This document shows positions 15,873 to 23,933 of a stretch of 24,000 bases of DNA, piece after piece. The notes below the pieces were generated by a model that saw nothing but the letters and a program-made list of their open reading frames with translations, was not told the DNA's origin and did no database searches. A program made the position numbers and the translations under genes. How positions within the stretch are numbered: the first letter of the stretch is position 1; each line of letters begins with the position of its first letter. Origin of the DNA: Pantoea phage Phynn; sequence record MN038175.1; one strand, written 5' to 3'.

Positions 15873-17153
15873 TAGCTTTTTGTTTAGGTCGACAAGGTCA
15901 GCAAGATACTCAACCTTCGGAGTGGTCGTTTCCCAGTGCTTCAGTTCTTCCCGGAGCCGGGTAAGATCGTCAAGAAGCTTTTGTAGTTCATCTGTGGTCA
16001 GATGGTAGATGTTCATCTGTACCAGCATTTCCGCATGATTCTCACACTTATCCAGACCGGCAATAAATTTAACCGATTCGGCTCGGGATTTGCCTTTCAG
16101 TGCGTCCGGGTGCTCTACCAGGTAAGAGATAAACGCATACTTCGCTTCTGCCTTAGAAATCGCTTCCTTAGTCTCTGCAATGCGCTTATCGATACGCTTC
16201 TGATAATATCCGATTCGGATATCTACGAAATCACTCAAAAGCTTTTCTGTGCTGTCGTAGGAAATCAACACACCTTCATTGATCACGTTCAGGTTAGGCG
16301 TGACGTTTTCCAGCAGACCGAAATCTTTCATGATCTTTTCCGGCTTCAGTGTGTTTGCGTACTCTCTTTTTAACGCAACCTCAAACAAGAAATTATCTTT
16401 AGACCGGTCTTTGTACGATACCACATCACCTTTCAGCTTCAGCTTTGACAGCAAAGTCATATACCCTTCACGGTCGTACTTAGGCGGAATCTCAGTGATC
16501 AGTAGTTTCGTTTTACCCTGAAGCTGATAGGTTCCTTTGATCACGCCGTCCTCAATCACTCCCCGGAAATCCGGGTATTTCAGTTCAAGGCTAAACGGCT
16601 TGCCTTTCAGATGTGCAATACACCCCTGAAGAACCGAGATCGGGCAGTGCGGAGGAATATCCGTAGCGTGCGCTTTGGCAATGCCAGTAAAGCCGTTGAC
16701 TAATACCATAGGGATGATCGGTAAGTAGTGCGCCGGTGGTAAATGATCCGGATCCGGGTGTACAGGCGCAAGTTCTTCATCACGATAGATTGCCTTGAAG
16801 ATAGAACTAACCCGGCACTTAATGTAACGACCCGCGCCCGGTTTCTTAACCAGTCGCGACCCAAAGAAGCCGTCTCGGTCAAAAAGCGGTAAGTTGTTAC
16901 ACCAACCAGCAGCAAGAAGAGAACCAGAATCCTCTGCAGAACCTTCCCCGTGATGGTAGCCATACATTGCCACCGCACCACCTACTGCTGCAACCTTCTG
17001 GAAGCCCGCGCCCCCTCTCAGAGCAGAATACACGAAATATCGGTGTACCGGCTTGAACCCGTCGATCATGTGAGGGATCGCACGACTGTTGATTGTATAA
17101 AGCGCATATTCCAGCGCTTCATTACGGATATAATCAGAAATATTCTTTTTCAT
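15867..17153 (-). CDS. 52: DNA topoisomerase II medium subunit, T4 gp52-like (GyrA/ParC-type)
   Basis: MKKNISDYIRNEALEYALYTINSRAIPHMIDGFKPVHRYFVYSAL...GSAEDSGS...PLFDRDGFFGSR...AGRYIKCRVS with the likely catalytic Tyr in the RY pair (residue 110). Confidence 0.95.
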   Translation of the reverse strand: MKKNISDYIRNEALEYALYTINSRAIPHMIDGFKPVHRYFVYSALRGGAGFQKVAAVGGAVAMYGYHHGEGSAEDSGSLLAAGWCNNLPLFDRDGFFGSRLVKKPGAGRYIKCRVSSIFKAIYRDEELAPVHPDPDHLPPAHYLPIIPMVLVNGFTGIAKAHATDIPPHCPISVLQGCIAHLKGKPFSLELKYPDFRGVIEDGVIKGTYQLQGKTKLLITEIPPKYDREGYMTLLSKLKLKGDVVSYKDRSKDNFLFEVALKREYANTLKPEKIMKDFGLLENVTPNLNVINEGVLISYDSTEKLLSDFVDIRIGYYQKRIDKRIAETKEAISKAEAKYAFISYLVEHPDALKGKSRAESVKFIAGLDKCENHAEMLVQMNIYHLTTDELQKLLDDLTRLREELKHWETTTPKVEYLADLVDLNKKLK

Positions 17154-19057
17154 TACACACCTGAAAACTTATGTTTACCCTGCACCCATTCTTTACGGGC
17201 TGCACCATCTTCTTTTTCTTTGCCAAAGCACATCTTCAGAGATTCTTTGTAATCGTCGTCGAGTACAATGGTTTCCATCTTCAGACGTTCACCCAGCATC
17301 AGTTCATAGTCCTGTTTGCGCAGAGACCCCAGTCCTTTAATATACCGAAAATCTTTCGCTTTGTCTCGCACCTTTTCAAAATCAGAAAGGGAATAGAACC
17401 ACTCTTCTTTCTTATTGATGGTTGCAATCACAATAGGAGTCCGGACAAATTTAATCCTTTCCTGCTTATACAGTTCAGGCCATCTAGCAAAGAAGTTGAT
17501 CAGCAGCGTCAGAATATCATTCCCGTCAACGTCCGCATCGACCATGATCCCGACATTGTCGTAAACCATTTCTTTAGAGTCGCCCGGATGGATATTCAGG
17601 ATAGACATTAGCTCGGATAGCTCTTTGTTTTCTGCGATTGCTACAGCAGACAGACCCGATGTGTTTAGCGGTTTACCCCTCAGAGGGAAAGCACCCTGGG
17701 TAGATTCATTACGACACTCGATAAACTGCCCGACCGCTGAATCTCCCTCTGTAAGAAACAGTGTTGTTTCTACGCCGTCTTCGTCAATGCCGGATGCAGG
17801 GACGTGCTTTGCAACCTCTGCTTTCTTCGCCTTCTTACGGGCTTTGGTCAGGGCTGCGGCGTCTGCTGCGTTTTTTCGGATAAGAGCGGCTTCAATGATC
17901 GGGGTGATGATTTCCGGAGTAGCCAGAATATCTTTCGCGATCTTTTTATACTGGACTTTCGCATGATTATTAAACTGTCCTGCTGTGCTTGCGAATCGTT
18001 CTTTAGTCTGCCCGTCAAAGGCCGGTGCATTAAATCCATGCACAAAGACGACCAGAGACAGACATTCTTTAACACGGGTTTTTGGGATCTCGATGTTATG
18101 CGTTTTCTTGATCATCGGAGACAGTTCATCATAAATCCCGTCGATCATGCAATCTACATGAGTACCACCGTTTTTAGTGTTCAGACCGTTCACAAAAGAC
18201 TTATGCTTAAACCCGTCTTCAGTGCTTGCCAGAATGAAGCTAAGACGCGCATTCGTCTGGCTAATGGTCTTGTCACCATAAAGCGCTGCATAGTGCTGGA
18301 AGCGGTTAGAGAGCGTTTCACCGTTATAGGTGAATTTGATGCTCGGGAACGCAACCGCAAGAGCAGTCAGGCGATCACGGATAACTAGTTTTGTTTGTTC
18401 ATCAAACCCGGTTACGCCAAACATAGAGAAATCCGGGGTAAACTTAACGGTAGTTCCTCGGGTTTTACTCGGGCTTGTCCGGTAGTCGATATTTTTCGCG
18501 CCGTCCGTGCAGTTGATCGTAACCTTTCGTTTACCGTCTGCAGTTTCACCAATAAAGATAGAGCTATAGCAGTTGGTGAGGAAAGAACCTACACCATTCA
18601 TACCCATAGTTACACGGTCTTCGTCGTTGAAGTTGGAACCGGATTTAGCCATAGTCCATGCAGCAACAGGTTTTGGGACAATATCCCCGGTCGGTGTTCT
18701 CACGTCAGTCTGTGGGATCCCGCGACCGTTATCCGAAATGGTTACCAGGTTATGATCGATAGTCACATCAATCTTGTTTGCATATTCGAAGTTTGTGCGG
18801 ATAGATTCATCGATAGAGTTATCAAGAATTTCATCCACGATCTTAACCAGCCCCGGAACGTATTCAATCGAGCGATATTCACCCATGATGAAACGATCTC
18901 GGGCTTCGAGGTTAATAGATCCCACATACATATCAGGGCGCTTCCGGATGTGGTCCCGGTCACTAAGACAGAAGTTTTCGTCAACTTCCTTCCCTTCAAC
19001 AACAACCGGCTTCTTCTCTTCCGGTTTGTCTTCATCAAGCAAAAAATCTAAACTCAT
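17153..19057 (-). CDS. 39: DNA topoisomerase II large subunit, undivided (T4 gp39+gp60 equivalent, GyrB-type)
   Basis: VDEILDNSIDESIRT, ITISDNGRGIPQ, MNGVGSFLTNCYSS, FLTEGDSAVGQ, LRGKPLNTSG, MVDADVDGNDI. Start at MSLDFLLDED; TAATG junction with gene 52. Confidence 0.95.
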   Translation of the reverse strand: MSLDFLLDEDKPEEKKPVVVEGKEVDENFCLSDRDHIRKRPDMYVGSINLEARDRFIMGEYRSIEYVPGLVKIVDEILDNSIDESIRTNFEYANKIDVTIDHNLVTISDNGRGIPQTDVRTPTGDIVPKPVAAWTMAKSGSNFNDEDRVTMGMNGVGSFLTNCYSSIFIGETADGKRKVTINCTDGAKNIDYRTSPSKTRGTTVKFTPDFSMFGVTGFDEQTKLVIRDRLTALAVAFPSIKFTYNGETLSNRFQHYAALYGDKTISQTNARLSFILASTEDGFKHKSFVNGLNTKNGGTHVDCMIDGIYDELSPMIKKTHNIEIPKTRVKECLSLVVFVHGFNAPAFDGQTKERFASTAGQFNNHAKVQYKKIAKDILATPEIITPIIEAALIRKNAADAAALTKARKKAKKAEVAKHVPASGIDEDGVETTLFLTEGDSAVGQFIECRNESTQGAFPLRGKPLNTSGLSAVAIAENKELSELMSILNIHPGDSKEMVYDNVGIMVDADVDGNDILTLLINFFARWPELYKQERIKFVRTPIVIATINKKEEWFYSLSDFEKVRDKAKDFRYIKGLGSLRKQDYELMLGERLKMETIVLDDDYKESLKMCFGKEKEDGAARKEWVQGKHKFSGV

Positions 19058-19085
19058 GTTTTCAACCTCTTTTGTTAGTTTGTGC

Positions 19086-19129
19086 ATTATATAGAAGGGA
19101 GTTTAAAAAGAAAAGCCCCTTTCGGGGCT
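19086..19129 (-). promoter_or_regulatory. Terminator followed by candidate promoter for the topoisomerase/rII region
   Basis: Minus strand AGCCCC-GAAA-GGGGCTTTTCTTTTT (19114-19129 plus tail) then TATAAT at 19086-19091; weak -35. Confidence 0.65.
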
Positions 19130-19139
19130 GTTTGTCGTA

Positions 19140-19619
19140 TCATGAAAGTTCTTCGAAAAACAGGATTTCTTCCAGTGTAGCGGTATTCATATCAAAAATG
19201 CTCTGAAGATGTCCGTCATAGCATTCACGCGCATTGTATTTCATGATGCAGTATGCATTATTCATAGATTCCCTGCTTTCTTCGTCAAACCAGTCCATGA
19301 GACGCACAAGGCCGCTTTTTTCCGGGTTATCCATAAATCCATAATGCAGCATAAACATGACGAACGTCGGTTCGTCGTATTCCTGCAGAATGTTTGTTAT
19401 CAAAACCGGATCGCTGGTTGGTAATGGGTGGATCTGGCTTTTGTATGGCATTGCATACGGCGTAGATATACCGTGTTCCTTTAACCACCTGCAGGTAGCA
19501 GCACTCATATACTCGCGAGACCGATAAGGCCCGAGATTGGTCAAGTATTTCGGAGAAGATTTCGGATCCGGATTTGCATTTATCGCGGACGCTTTCAACT
19601 CAACACGGTATACATACAT
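19140..19619 (-). CDS. Hypothetical protein
   Basis: 159 aa, AGGAC upstream of ATG, followed by terminator. Confidence 0.75.
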   Translation of the reverse strand: MYVYRVELKASAINANPDPKSSPKYLTNLGPYRSREYMSAATCRWLKEHGISTPYAMPYKSQIHPLPTSDPVLITNILQEYDEPTFVMFMLHYGFMDNPEKSGLVRLMDWFDEESRESMNNAYCIMKYNARECYDGHLQSIFDMNTATLEEILFFEELS

Positions 19620-19631
19620 AACAATGTCCTA

Positions 19632-20435
19632 TCAGCTAGATTTGCAGGTACGATACCACTTATCCAGTTTTTCCGCAATATTTTTATTCAAAATCTCGGT
19701 GATTTCTTTTTCGCCATGAGTTTTGCCCAATTCCAGGTAAACCAAATCAAGCGCACATAAAATAGCGTCAACGGATTCTTCTACCAGATTTCCGTTTCGC
19801 TCTGGCTGAATCAGACACTCCGCGATCTCTCCTGCTTCAGCCGCCAGATGCAGAGCTACCTGCTCTTTTGATCGGGGCTTAACTAATGCTGCTACCTGAT
19901 AGAACTTTTTCAGATCCAGCATAGGCGCGGTGGTTTCTTTCTGCCCGGTTGATATGTTTTTCCCGATGTTGCTCATGCTGATTTGATTATCCGCTTTGAC
20001 GACATCCAGATATTTTCCTTCAACCCATCCACCGGAAGAAAGTTCCACCTTAATAACTCCGCTACAGGTATCCTCCTTAACAGAGAGCACCTGAACCGGG
20101 ATAAATTTTGTAATCCGCCCGAAGAGATTAGATTTTTCGTGGATCCGTGGAACAACAAAATCACCAACTTTGATACGGGGGTTATCGTCCTTGACTTTCT
20201 CCAGCGCCCACACAGGGATCCAAATATGATGATGAACACGATTCCCGTCTTTCATATAAGAAAGTTTTACAACATTGATAGTGCAATCGTCATGAATATA
20301 ATCAATTCGACATTTCTTACCGGCGAACACATTTAGAGAAAAACGAAGATCTCCCATACTATAGCGCAGCTTTGGTGGAATATTAACCATGACAGTATCG
20401 CCAACTTTGAATTCTTTCTCTTTTGGATTAAGCAT
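19632..20435 (-). CDS. MazG-like (all-alpha NTP pyrophosphohydrolase-like) protein with two N-terminal SH3/KOW-like segments
   Basis: C-terminal AALVKPRSKEQVALHLAAEAGEIAECLIQ...LVEESVDAILCALDLVYLELG...ITEILNKNIAEKLDKWY; N-terminal FKVGDTVMVNIPP... and IKVGDFVVPRIHEKSNLFGRITKFIPVQVLSV.... Confidence 0.65.
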   Translation of the reverse strand: MLNPKEKEFKVGDTVMVNIPPKLRYSMGDLRFSLNVFAGKKCRIDYIHDDCTINVVKLSYMKDGNRVHHHIWIPVWALEKVKDDNPRIKVGDFVVPRIHEKSNLFGRITKFIPVQVLSVKEDTCSGVIKVELSSGGWVEGKYLDVVKADNQISMSNIGKNISTGQKETTAPMLDLKKFYQVAALVKPRSKEQVALHLAAEAGEIAECLIQPERNGNLVEESVDAILCALDLVYLELGKTHGEKEITEILNKNIAEKLDKWYRTCKSS

Positions 20436-20667
20436 TTACAATACCTTTTGCAGATTTAAAAATAAAGCAGCTAACAGAACCTTTACCACGTCCTGCAGTG
20501 ATCACACGTTCAGCAATAGCGTCATTACCGCGATAAACACTGGTTATCGATTCATTGCTGTACGTGTTGTAAGATTCAACAGTTCGCATACCCGGCAACC
20601 CGGCGATATGCATAAACTTTGAATTCGTGCATGGCATAACAGGCGCATTGTTTTGAAAAGCAATCAT
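20428..20667 (-). CDS. Hypothetical protein
   Basis: 79 aa, AGGAG ribosome-binding site; overlaps the upstream stop. Confidence 0.65.
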   Translation of the reverse strand: MIAFQNNAPVMPCTNSKFMHIAGLPGMRTVESYNTYSNESITSVYRGNDAIAERVITAGRGKGSVSCFIFKSAKGIVNA

Positions 20668-21266
20668 CGTGAGATCTCCTGATACATTTTTAGATTGAAT
20701 TCGGCTACTTCTGAAACGTGAGTATACTTGTCCAGATAAGGTATTGCAACATGCATCACCTTAGAAGTTTTCATATTGTAGAGAAAACGCTCTGTCGACA
20801 CAACACACAGAAGCCCGGATTTATCACCCATATAGAATTCTTTGGTGTCTCCCCGGTCAAACTTTACAGGAACGACTGTATTACGGAAAGACGGGTGAAA
20901 TAGTCGCTTATCCGGGTCGTTGGTGTAAGCAGAGAAACAGATCTGCTCAACGCTACCGGTAGCGTCTGTAGTGATCATCATATAGACGCCAGGTTCTTTA
21001 CTCATTACGGAGTAGTCTTTAGACACTACCTCGCCAAAAGCATTTACGGTTTCCCGGATCTCAGTAAACCCGGTATCCCGGCGCATCTGGATGATCTTTT
21101 CCTGCTCATAGGCAGCAATAGCGCTTTTCTCTTTCTCTACTTCCCGCTGTGCTGCTTTTTCATTTTCGACACAGCCGTTATAGATAAAGGCACCTACTGC
21201 TGCAACCAGGATAGCAACACCCCAGCGCTTCATCGTTTTCATTTCATCTTTGCTGATTTCACTCAT
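20664..21266 (-). CDS. Predicted membrane-anchored protein with coiled-coil
   Basis: WGVAILVAAVGAFIYNG hydrophobic segment followed by ENEKAAQREVEKEKSAIAAYEQEK. Confidence 0.75.
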   Translation of the reverse strand: MSEISKDEMKTMKRWGVAILVAAVGAFIYNGCVENEKAAQREVEKEKSAIAAYEQEKIIQMRRDTGFTEIRETVNAFGEVVSKDYSVMSKEPGVYMMITTDATGSVEQICFSAYTNDPDKRLFHPSFRNTVVPVKFDRGDTKEFYMGDKSGLLCVVSTERFLYNMKTSKVMHVAIPYLDKYTHVSEVAEFNLKMYQEISR

Positions 21267-21280
21267 TTTATAGTACTCAC

Positions 21281-21302
21281 AAAAATGGGGGCAAAAGCCC
21301 CC
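21281..21302 (-). terminator. Rho-independent terminator GGGGGC-TTTT-GCCCCC-ATTTTT
   Basis: 6-bp all-GC stem plus U run on the minus strand after the 21308 ORF. Confidence 0.85.
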
Positions 21303-21307
21303 TTGTT

Positions 21308-21634
21308 TTAGCGAAGGTAGGCGATGAACCCGCTACCATCAGTTCCTAAGCTATCGGTAAACAGGTTACCGCGTGCGGTTTTAGCAGGCGCTTTCCAGCT
21401 TGCTGCTTTATAGATGTTGCCTTCGTTATCAATGAAACCAGCAGCACAACCGCCAGTGATCGCGCCGTCGTCTTTCCACTTGTCACGACGAACCATGCGA
21501 TGATACTTGCGACCCTCGGTAAGTTCGAAAACGTAGGTGGTGACACCATTAGGATTACGGACTTCAGCTTCAGCATTCAGCTTGTCAAACAGTACCTGTG
21601 CTGCGGTTTTGAGTTCTTCGAAGGTCTTGGTCAT
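21308..21634 (-). CDS. Hypothetical protein, paralogous to the 22373-22693 product
   Basis: Start at MTKTFEELK preceded by AAGGAAATACATC. Shares GRKY.R..R and GFIDxxGNI motifs with the paralog. Confidence 0.8.
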   Translation of the reverse strand: MTKTFEELKTAAQVLFDKLNAEAEVRNPNGVTTYVFELTEGRKYHRMVRRDKWKDDGAITGGCAAGFIDNEGNIYKAASWKAPAKTARGNLFTDSLGTDGSGFIAYLR

Positions 21635-21659
21635 GATGTATTTCCTTAATAATGTATTT

Positions 21660-21717
21660 CGTTTCGATGGGTGTACTATATCGAAGTACACCCCGGAAGT
21701 CTTTAGCAAAAAGTGCT
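21660..21717 (-). promoter_or_regulatory. Repeated intergenic promoter-like element, copy A
   Basis: Minus strand AGCACTTTTTGCTAAAGACTTCCGGGGTGTACTTCGATATAGTACACCCATCGAAACG; -10 TATAGT; inverted repeat GGGTGTAC...GTACACCC. Confidence 0.65.
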
Positions 21718-21937
21718 ACAGCGTTAAAAGATATTCGAGATGATTACGCAATGCCGGTAATTCCGCAACGTGCTTTGCTTTTACCTTCTCGTACTCCTTC
21801 CGCTCCCACGGTTCCAGGTCAGAAGCCAGCGCCTGATCACAGTATGCAATACCGCCTTCAGCATCAGACACATGCTGTTTCCACTGCTGGATCGCGGTAT
21901 CGATCATTGATCCTGATTTCATCATTTTGGTATTCAT
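21716..21937 (-). CDS. Hypothetical protein
   Basis: 73 aa, AAGGAATCTCCC before ATG. Confidence 0.7.
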   Translation of the reverse strand: MNTKMMKSGSMIDTAIQQWKQHVSDAEGGIAYCDQALASDLEPWERKEYEKVKAKHVAELPALRNHLEYLLTL

Positions 21938-21954
21938 GGGAGATTCCTTATTTT

Positions 21955-22013
21955 CGTTTCGATGGGGGTAACTATACCAAAGCTACCCCGTGAAGTCTTT
22001 AGCAAATAGTGCT
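21955..22013 (-). promoter_or_regulatory. Repeated intergenic promoter-like element, copy B
   Basis: Minus strand AGCACTATTTGCTAAAGACTTCACGGGGTAGCTTTGGTATAGTTACCCCCATCGAAACG; -10 TATAGT; inverted repeat GGGGTA...TACCCC. Confidence 0.65.
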
Positions 22014-22285
22014 TATTCAGGACGGGCGCGACGGTCGAGATTATACATCTTACACCAGGCGTCAAACTCCTCGAACGGCTGCCAGTTAACGCGCTTATCG
22101 TTCTTGCGGGTTACTGTCATGATGATAGCGTTTGAACAGTGGCTAGGAAGCTGGACTTTAACCGCAGTTTTTTCTTCACCAACTTCGACCGAGTGTACAA
22201 CGCACCACTGAGAGCCGAAGCCGCGAACAGTTAAACCGATTACTTCGCCTTTAACTGCTTTGCTGATTGCTTTAGTCTGTACCAT
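22013..22285 (-). CDS. Hypothetical protein
   Basis: Start at MVQTKAISK preceded by AAAGGGAAGCAAA. Confidence 0.7.
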   Translation of the reverse strand: MVQTKAISKAVKGEVIGLTVRGFGSQWCVVHSVEVGEEKTAVKVQLPSHCSNAIIMTVTRKNDKRVNWQPFEEFDAWCKMYNLDRRARPE

Positions 22286-22306
22286 TTTGCTTCCCTTTCT
22301 CTGTTT

Positions 22307-22355
22307 CGTTTCGATGTGTGTACGATAACAAAAAGCCCTCGCGTATGCAAGGGCT
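22307..22355 (-). promoter_or_regulatory. Terminator-promoter module, diverged copy, with conserved leader
   Basis: Minus strand hairpin AGCCCTTGC-ATAC-GCGAGGGCT (22334-22355), TTGCAT (22345-22350), 17 nt, TATCGT (22322-22327), ACACACATCGAAACG. Confidence 0.6.
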
Positions 22356-22372
22356 GATTTTAGCAATTTGTG

Positions 22373-22693
22373 CTATAAGTATCGAAGCAGTCCGCCATCA
22401 CACAGCGCTCCGAATCCTTTATCAGGGTCAAAGATATTACCCCGCTTTGCGCTATCCCATTTGTAAGGCCGGTCGTGAGCACCAAACAGGATATTTCCGT
22501 CTTTATCTATAAACCCGGCTACGATAAACCCTTCCGAGATAGACCCAGTGTATCCGCGCATGATCCGGACATACTTACGACCCTTTGACAGGTTGAAATT
22601 ACCGCATCCGCTGAAAGGGAATTTAATCCGGTGTCTGTGGGTCATCTCTTCAATCAGGGGCTTCCCGGCCTGCATAATAAGATCTAAGCTCAT
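22373..22693 (-). CDS. Hypothetical protein, paralogous to the 21308-21634 product
   Basis: 106 aa; F..SKGRKYVRIMR...GFIDKDGNI...RGNIFDPDKGFGALCDGGLLRYL. Confidence 0.8.
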   Translation of the reverse strand: MSLDLIMQAGKPLIEEMTHRHRIKFPFSGCGNFNLSKGRKYVRIMRGYTGSISEGFIVAGFIDKDGNILFGAHDRPYKWDSAKRGNIFDPDKGFGALCDGGLLRYL

Positions 22694-23025
22694 TTTCTTC
22701 TACCTTTCAATCTTATGCCTCTCCCCATTGTAATATACGGGCGGCGCTGGTTATTTCCTCCGGTATGTTCAGGTCCGAACATAGGCAGAGGTTTTACCTT
22801 CTCTCTTTCTAGAGACTTTGCCATTTCGGCAAAATTCGAAGCTCTGTAGTTAACACCGCAATCAATATAGCGAACCTCCAGATCATCAATTGGAGACACT
22901 TCAACCCGGTAATCTGCTTTTTCCAACACCTCTACCATCTTTTCTATAGTCTCTACCGAATCAAAAGGACGCGGATAGATTATAACCAACCAATCAGAGG
23001 GATCGGGAATTTTAACAAACATCAT
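22690..23025 (-). CDS. Hypothetical protein
   Basis: 111 aa; ATGA coupling at both ends. Confidence 0.7.
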   Translation of the reverse strand: MMFVKIPDPSDWLVIIYPRPFDSVETIEKMVEVLEKADYRVEVSPIDDLEVRYIDCGVNYRASNFAEMAKSLEREKVKPLPMFGPEHTGGNNQRRPYITMGRGIRLKGRRK

Positions 23026-23198
23026 TTCAACTCCGTAAGGTTTCTAAGAAAATCCACGGTAAAAATAAAGCTGGTTACGGTAACATAACAGAAAAACGCG
23101 GTGAATAGTGCCAGGGAAACACCCAGCCACACCTTTCTTTCATAGAAAGCATATAACAGACAACCCAACAACGTTTCACTTAAAGAGTTCTTTTTCAT
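23022..23198 (-). CDS. Small predicted membrane protein, 58 aa; not in the supplied ORF track
   Basis: Translation MKKNSLSETLLGCLLYAFYERKVWLGVSLALFTAFFCYVTVTSFIFTVDFLRNLTELK*; GTGAGG ribosome-binding site, ATGA overlap with the next gene, promoter upstream. Confidence 0.7.
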   Translation of the reverse strand: MKKNSLSETLLGCLLYAFYERKVWLGVSLALFTAFFCYVTVTSFIFTVDFLRNLTELK

Positions 23199-23225
23199 AC
23201 TAACCTCACAATTTATTAAGCTCCG

Positions 23226-23270
23226 AATATAACAAAGCCCTCACCATAAGGCAAGGGCTTTTTATCATTT
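23226..23270 (-). promoter_or_regulatory. Terminator-promoter module, exact duplicate of 15828-15872
   Basis: Minus strand hairpin (23236-23259), TTGCCT (23249-23254), 17 nt, TATATT (23226-23231). Confidence 0.7.
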
Positions 23271-23933
23271 CTGAATACTAAGCGGATCTATCTGGTCGCC
23301 TTCTGGCGCATCCTGCAGACCTAATGCATAACGGCTTGCATAGATGATCATCAACGCGTCTTTAGCGCAATCATGAATCGAATCATGCGCGATAAAGCCA
23401 TCAAGAACACCTAAAGGCAACGGGGTTTTTGCTACTCCCCTGGACATCAGGCGATTCTCGATGGTAGTGCGAACGTCGCGGGTATTCCAGAAAGCAGTAG
23501 GCATAATCTTAAACAAATCTGCTTCCCATCCGTGAGTATCCCGGATAACGTCGATCAGAATCGAGTAATCAAACTCAGGCCCGCGACAGTAGATCAGTGA
23601 GTCCCAGAAACTGATCCCGTCAGTTTTCAGGTCTTTCATAAACTGTTCATGGCCTTGATACAGGTCTAAATCGTCTGGCAAAGGTTTCAGTATCTTCTTT
23701 GCTTCCGGATCCTGTTTTCTCCACCATTCAATAGTAGCCTGGTTACTGAGTCGATTTTTCTGCTTGCGGATATCGAATTTATATTTTCTTCCGCCTGCAA
23801 CCAGTTGAGCAAACGTCGGAGGATTGTAAGGGTCATCCACAAAAGGTACTGCACTAAGCTCCAGTACCTTACAGCGTGGAGGAGGCCCGAGTGTTTCGTA
23901 GTCAATGACTACGTCCGTAGCCTGTCCACTCAT
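23265..23933 (-). CDS. dexA: Exonuclease A, T4 DexA-like (DEDD family)
   Basis: VVIDYETLG, ATIEWWRKQDPEAKK, CRGPEFDYSILIDVIRD, AFWNTRDVRTTIENRL, LPLGVLDGFIAHDSIHDCAKDALMIIYASRYALGLQDAPEGDQIDPLS align well with T4 DexA. Start at MSGQATD preceded by AGGATCTGATA. Confidence 0.95.
   Translation of the reverse strand: MSGQATDVVIDYETLGPPPRCKVLELSAVPFVDDPYNPPTFAQLVAGGRKYKFDIRKQKNRLSNQATIEWWRKQDPEAKKILKPLPDDLDLYQGHEQFMKDLKTDGISFWDSLIYCRGPEFDYSILIDVIRDTHGWEADLFKIMPTAFWNTRDVRTTIENRLMSRGVAKTPLPLGVLDGFIAHDSIHDCAKDALMIIYASRYALGLQDAPEGDQIDPLSIQK

Noticed and set aside
17171-19094. Several plus-strand ORFs over the topoisomerase genes (for example 17804..18388 and 18395..19051)
   Set aside because: They lie opposite strongly recognised topoisomerase coding sequence; the translations show no recognisable motifs and look like antisense artefacts.
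15828-23270. The 45-bp duplicate as the end of a transposon or a CRISPR repeat
   Set aside because: Only two exact copies 7.4 kb apart, same orientation, no transposase or integrase between them, no target duplications seen, and the content is fully explained by stop codon, hairpin and promoter.
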